From positions 1 to 62,482 of the forward strand of contig JBGSVZ010000079.1 of the NCBI GenBank assembly GCA_041752695.1: a stretch of 62,482 nucleotides of DNA, read 5' to 3'. Source of the stretch: Terrimicrobiaceae bacterium. Lineage in GTDB: Bacteria; Verrucomicrobiota; Verrucomicrobiia; Chthoniobacterales; Terrimicrobiaceae. The position numbers were made by a program, and so were the translations under genes. Of this stretch, positions 60,059 through 62,482 are shown in pieces (position 1 is the first letter of the stretch; every line of letters begins with the position of its first letter). The notes under the pieces are model-generated. The model was given only the letters and a program-made list of their open reading frames with translations. It searched no databases and had not been told where the DNA came from.

Positions 60059-60673
60059 TCACTTTTTCTCGAATTTTTTTTCCGTTCCGGCAAGCAGACG
60101 TTCGATATTCGGCTGGTGCCGCCAGATGGCCAATACGCACATCACTGCCGCGATGGCCGTGCGCACCCCGTCGCAATGCCCCATCGCCCACAACACGCTG
60201 CTCCCCACCGGCAGCGACACCGCCGCCCCCAGCGAGGCCACTGATACATACCGGGTGGCAAAAAAAAGCCCCCCCCAGACTGCCAGACCGAAGACAAACA
60301 CCCAGATCGGAAACAGCCCGATCATCACCCCGGCCGAAGTCGAAATCCCCTTGCCACCTTGAAATTTCAGCCACACCGGGAAGACATGCCCGATCATCAC
60401 AAAAATCGCCGCCACCACCCCGAAGGCAATCGCCGGCCCCGTATCCCAGCCCCCGGCGATTCGCGCCAGCACCACCGCCAGCCAGCCCTTGAACGCATCC
60501 GCCGCAAACACCAGATACCCCCACTTTTTTCCCACCACCCGCAACGCGTTGGTCGCTCCAATGTTTCCACTGCCCTCCTTGCGCAAATCCACCCCGCGCG
60601 CCCGCCCGACCAGATACCCGCTGGGGAACGAGCCGATCAGATAAGCCCCGAGGGCGACGAAAAGCCAAGACAT
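60059..60673 (-). CDS. plsY: Glycerol-3-phosphate acyltransferase
   Basis: YLIGS.P, GSGNIGATN, GHVFPV, GGKG, RH..NI.RL. Confidence 0.96.
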   Translation of the reverse strand: MSWLFVALGAYLIGSFPSGYLVGRARGVDLRKEGSGNIGATNALRVVGKKWGYLVFAADAFKGWLAVVLARIAGGWDTGPAIAFGVVAAIFVMIGHVFPVWLKFQGGKGISTSAGVMIGLFPIWVFVFGLAVWGGLFFATRYVSVASLGAAVSLPVGSSVLWAMGHCDGVRTAIAAVMCVLAIWRHQPNIERLLAGTEKKFEKK

Positions 60674-60733
60674 GCGGGACGTAATGTCTGGCCGCGGGGT
60701 TGCTCTCAAGCAAAAATGATGCACCTTACAGAA

Positions 60734-61255
60734 ATGAAACATGCCGCCGCGATCCTGCTCCTTGGCATACTACCCCTTCTCGCCATGAACCCGACCCTTC
60801 CCGATCAAGTCACCGTCCGCCTCCTCGGCCCCGACAACCAGCCGCTTCCCGCCGAAAAAGTCCCCAGCGTGAAAAAAACCGACGACGAGTGGCGGAAACA
60901 ACTCGGCCCCGAAACCTACCGCGTCGTCCGCGCCCAAGGGACCGAGCGCCCCTTCTGCGGTACCCTCCTCGACAACAAAAAACAGGGCACCTATTTCTGC
61001 GTCGCCTGCGACCTGCCCCTCTTCGCCTCCAACGCGAAATTCGAATCCGGCACCGGCTGGCCCAGCTTCTTTCAACCCTTCGCGAAGGAAAACGTCGCGG
61101 AAATCGAAGACTCCAGCCATGGCATGACTCGCGTCGAAATCCGCTGCACCCGCTGCGCCGGCCACCTCGGCCACGTCTTCCCCGACGGCCCCGCGCCCAC
61201 CCGCCTGCGCTACTGCCTCAACTCCGAATCCCTGACCTTCCGCGAAGCGAAGTAG
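60734..61255 (+). CDS. msrB: Peptide-methionine (R)-S-oxide reductase with a predicted signal peptide
   Basis: GTERPF, CxxC, KFESGTGWPSF, HLGHVFPDGP, RYCLNS. Confidence 0.93.
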   Translation: MKHAAAILLLGILPLLAMNPTLPDQVTVRLLGPDNQPLPAEKVPSVKKTDDEWRKQLGPETYRVVRAQGTERPFCGTLLDNKKQGTYFCVACDLPLFASNAKFESGTGWPSFFQPFAKENVAEIEDSSHGMTRVEIRCTRCAGHLGHVFPDGPAPTRLRYCLNSESLTFREAK

Positions 61256-61282
61256 GGGAGGGGAGTCGACCTCCGACCAACC

Positions 61283-61541
61283 TGGAGGGTTCCGGGTTGC
61301 CGATAAAGAACCGCCCTCCGGGCTTTGCTGCGCAAAGGCTATCTACGCGTACGCTCCGATTCTCGGAACCCACGACTCACTTGGAGGGTTCCGGGCCCTC
61401 GGAACCCACGACCCAACTGAAGGGTTCCCGGTTGCGGATAAAGAATCGCCCTCCGGGCTTTGCTGCGCAAAGGCTATTTACGCGTACGCTCCGATTCTCG
61501 GAACCCTGACTCACATGGAGGGTTCCAGGCCCTTGGAACCC
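61283..61541 (+). repeat. Composite REP-like tandem repeat, ~135-bp period, two copies
   Basis: Units GGAG-GGTTCC...GGAACCC at 61283, 61382, 61418 and 61516; units 1 and 3 carry a near-identical ~60-bp insert. Confidence 0.88.
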
Positions 61542-61693
61542 AAAAGCCAGAAATGCGGGCCACGCTCCGCGCAGAGTTGATCTCGGGAACCGCCCGTTTC
61601 CCGAGCCCCTGCGGGGCTGATCTGATCAATCGATCTCAGTCGCTCCCGCAGTTTCGATTCCCGGACATCGCCCGCTGGCACGTATTGCCGCTC

Positions 61694-61763
61694 CCGACCA
61701 CTGACCACTGACCTCCGACCTCCGACCTCTGACTTCTGAATTCTGACTTCCCACTTCCCACTT
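61694..61763 (+). repeat. Heptanucleotide tandem array (10 units)
   Basis: ccgacca ctgacca ctgacct ccgacct ccgacct ctgactt ctgaatt ctgactt cccactt cccactt. Confidence 0.9.
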
Positions 61764-62482
61764 TCTAAAAAATGTCGTTCCTTGGGAGGTGCTGCATGCC
61801 TCAAGGTGAACAGCCTCATTTCTCACGCGCTCATGGTCCGGGGAAAAGTTTTCTCACCTGACCAAGGGCGGCAGCTTGTCGCCTTCGCTCCTGGAGGGAA
61901 CCAGGCCCTTGGTTTCAAATCGTCGAGTCCCTCAGGTGCAACTCGCTGTGCTGTTCTTAATCCACCGCATCCGCATCCCGCGCAGACCACGGAAGTCTTG
62001 GCCACCCTCCCGGAGCGCTACAGTCAAAATCCTTCGGTTCGAACTGCGCCAAATCTTACACCCAATTGTGCCAAGATGACTCGAATAGACCTTTATATCC
62101 TCCGAATCGCCCTGGTCAAACTGCCGGGACCCAAAGAATTTGACCCAGTCCGGCACCCATACGCGATTAAACTTCTGATGCCCGTTTCCGCTCAATGCTG
62201 CCGCGAAGCCAATCGAAAAAGCCCCCAGCGATCTCCTAAGTCGCTGCCAATAGGTGACTTACAAAAACTTCTTGTCTGTCAGTGTTCATGGGATAGCATG
62301 ATATCATGTTTTTCCAATAAACTGACATATAACGCTAAAATACGTTCGCCAAAGATATGTCGCTTCGCTCCCGCCGACTTAGTGATGACATGAGGCCGGA
62401 TTCCAGCGGAACGATGATCCCCGACCGGAGGGCGCGGGTTCGAGTTCGTGCCGAAAGGTTGGCGGGCACACAGCTCCGATGC

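Noticed and set aside
61283..61541. CRISPR array
   Set aside because: Intervening sequences are duplicated and irregular in length, and no cas genes are present.
62322..62350. XerCD dif site
   Set aside because: The right arm does not resemble the XerD consensus TTATGTTAAAT.
61782..62393. 203-aa ORF at the right end
   Set aside because: No recognisable motif, atypical composition, and it crosses several palindromes.

Overview
GC-rich bacterial chromosomal segment, most consistent with Verrucomicrobiota (Spartobacteria-like; inferred from gene content, not from a search). It contains: housekeeping genes (pyrR-pyrB-pyrC with a PyrR-binding RNA element, tgt, ribE, deoC, clpB, rsgA, yihA, rfaD, gpsA, plsY, msrB); tRNA-Glu(CTC) followed by a duplication of its 3' end; a five-gene glucosylglycerate/mannosylglucosylglycerate-type solute cluster with two MggA-like glycosyltransferases; a ~15 kb co-oriented envelope cluster joining ExbB/ExbD and a TonB/TolA-like anchored coiled-coil protein to MoxR/DUF58/vWA/coiled-coil genes, with PA14-like domains at both ends (best candidate for an uncharacterised machine); and a Cache hybrid kinase / receiver / HisKA-REC-PP2C / two-STAS signalling locus. 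Non-coding signals include an apparent IS-end junction truncating an alcohol dehydrogenase at the left edge, heptamer arrays (one in frame inside pyrC), REP-like palindromes, a 135-bp composite tandem repeat and an AT-richer palindromic region at the right edge. No CRISPR array, rRNA or intact transposase/integrase was seen. All calls come from motif recognition by eye; no searches were run.
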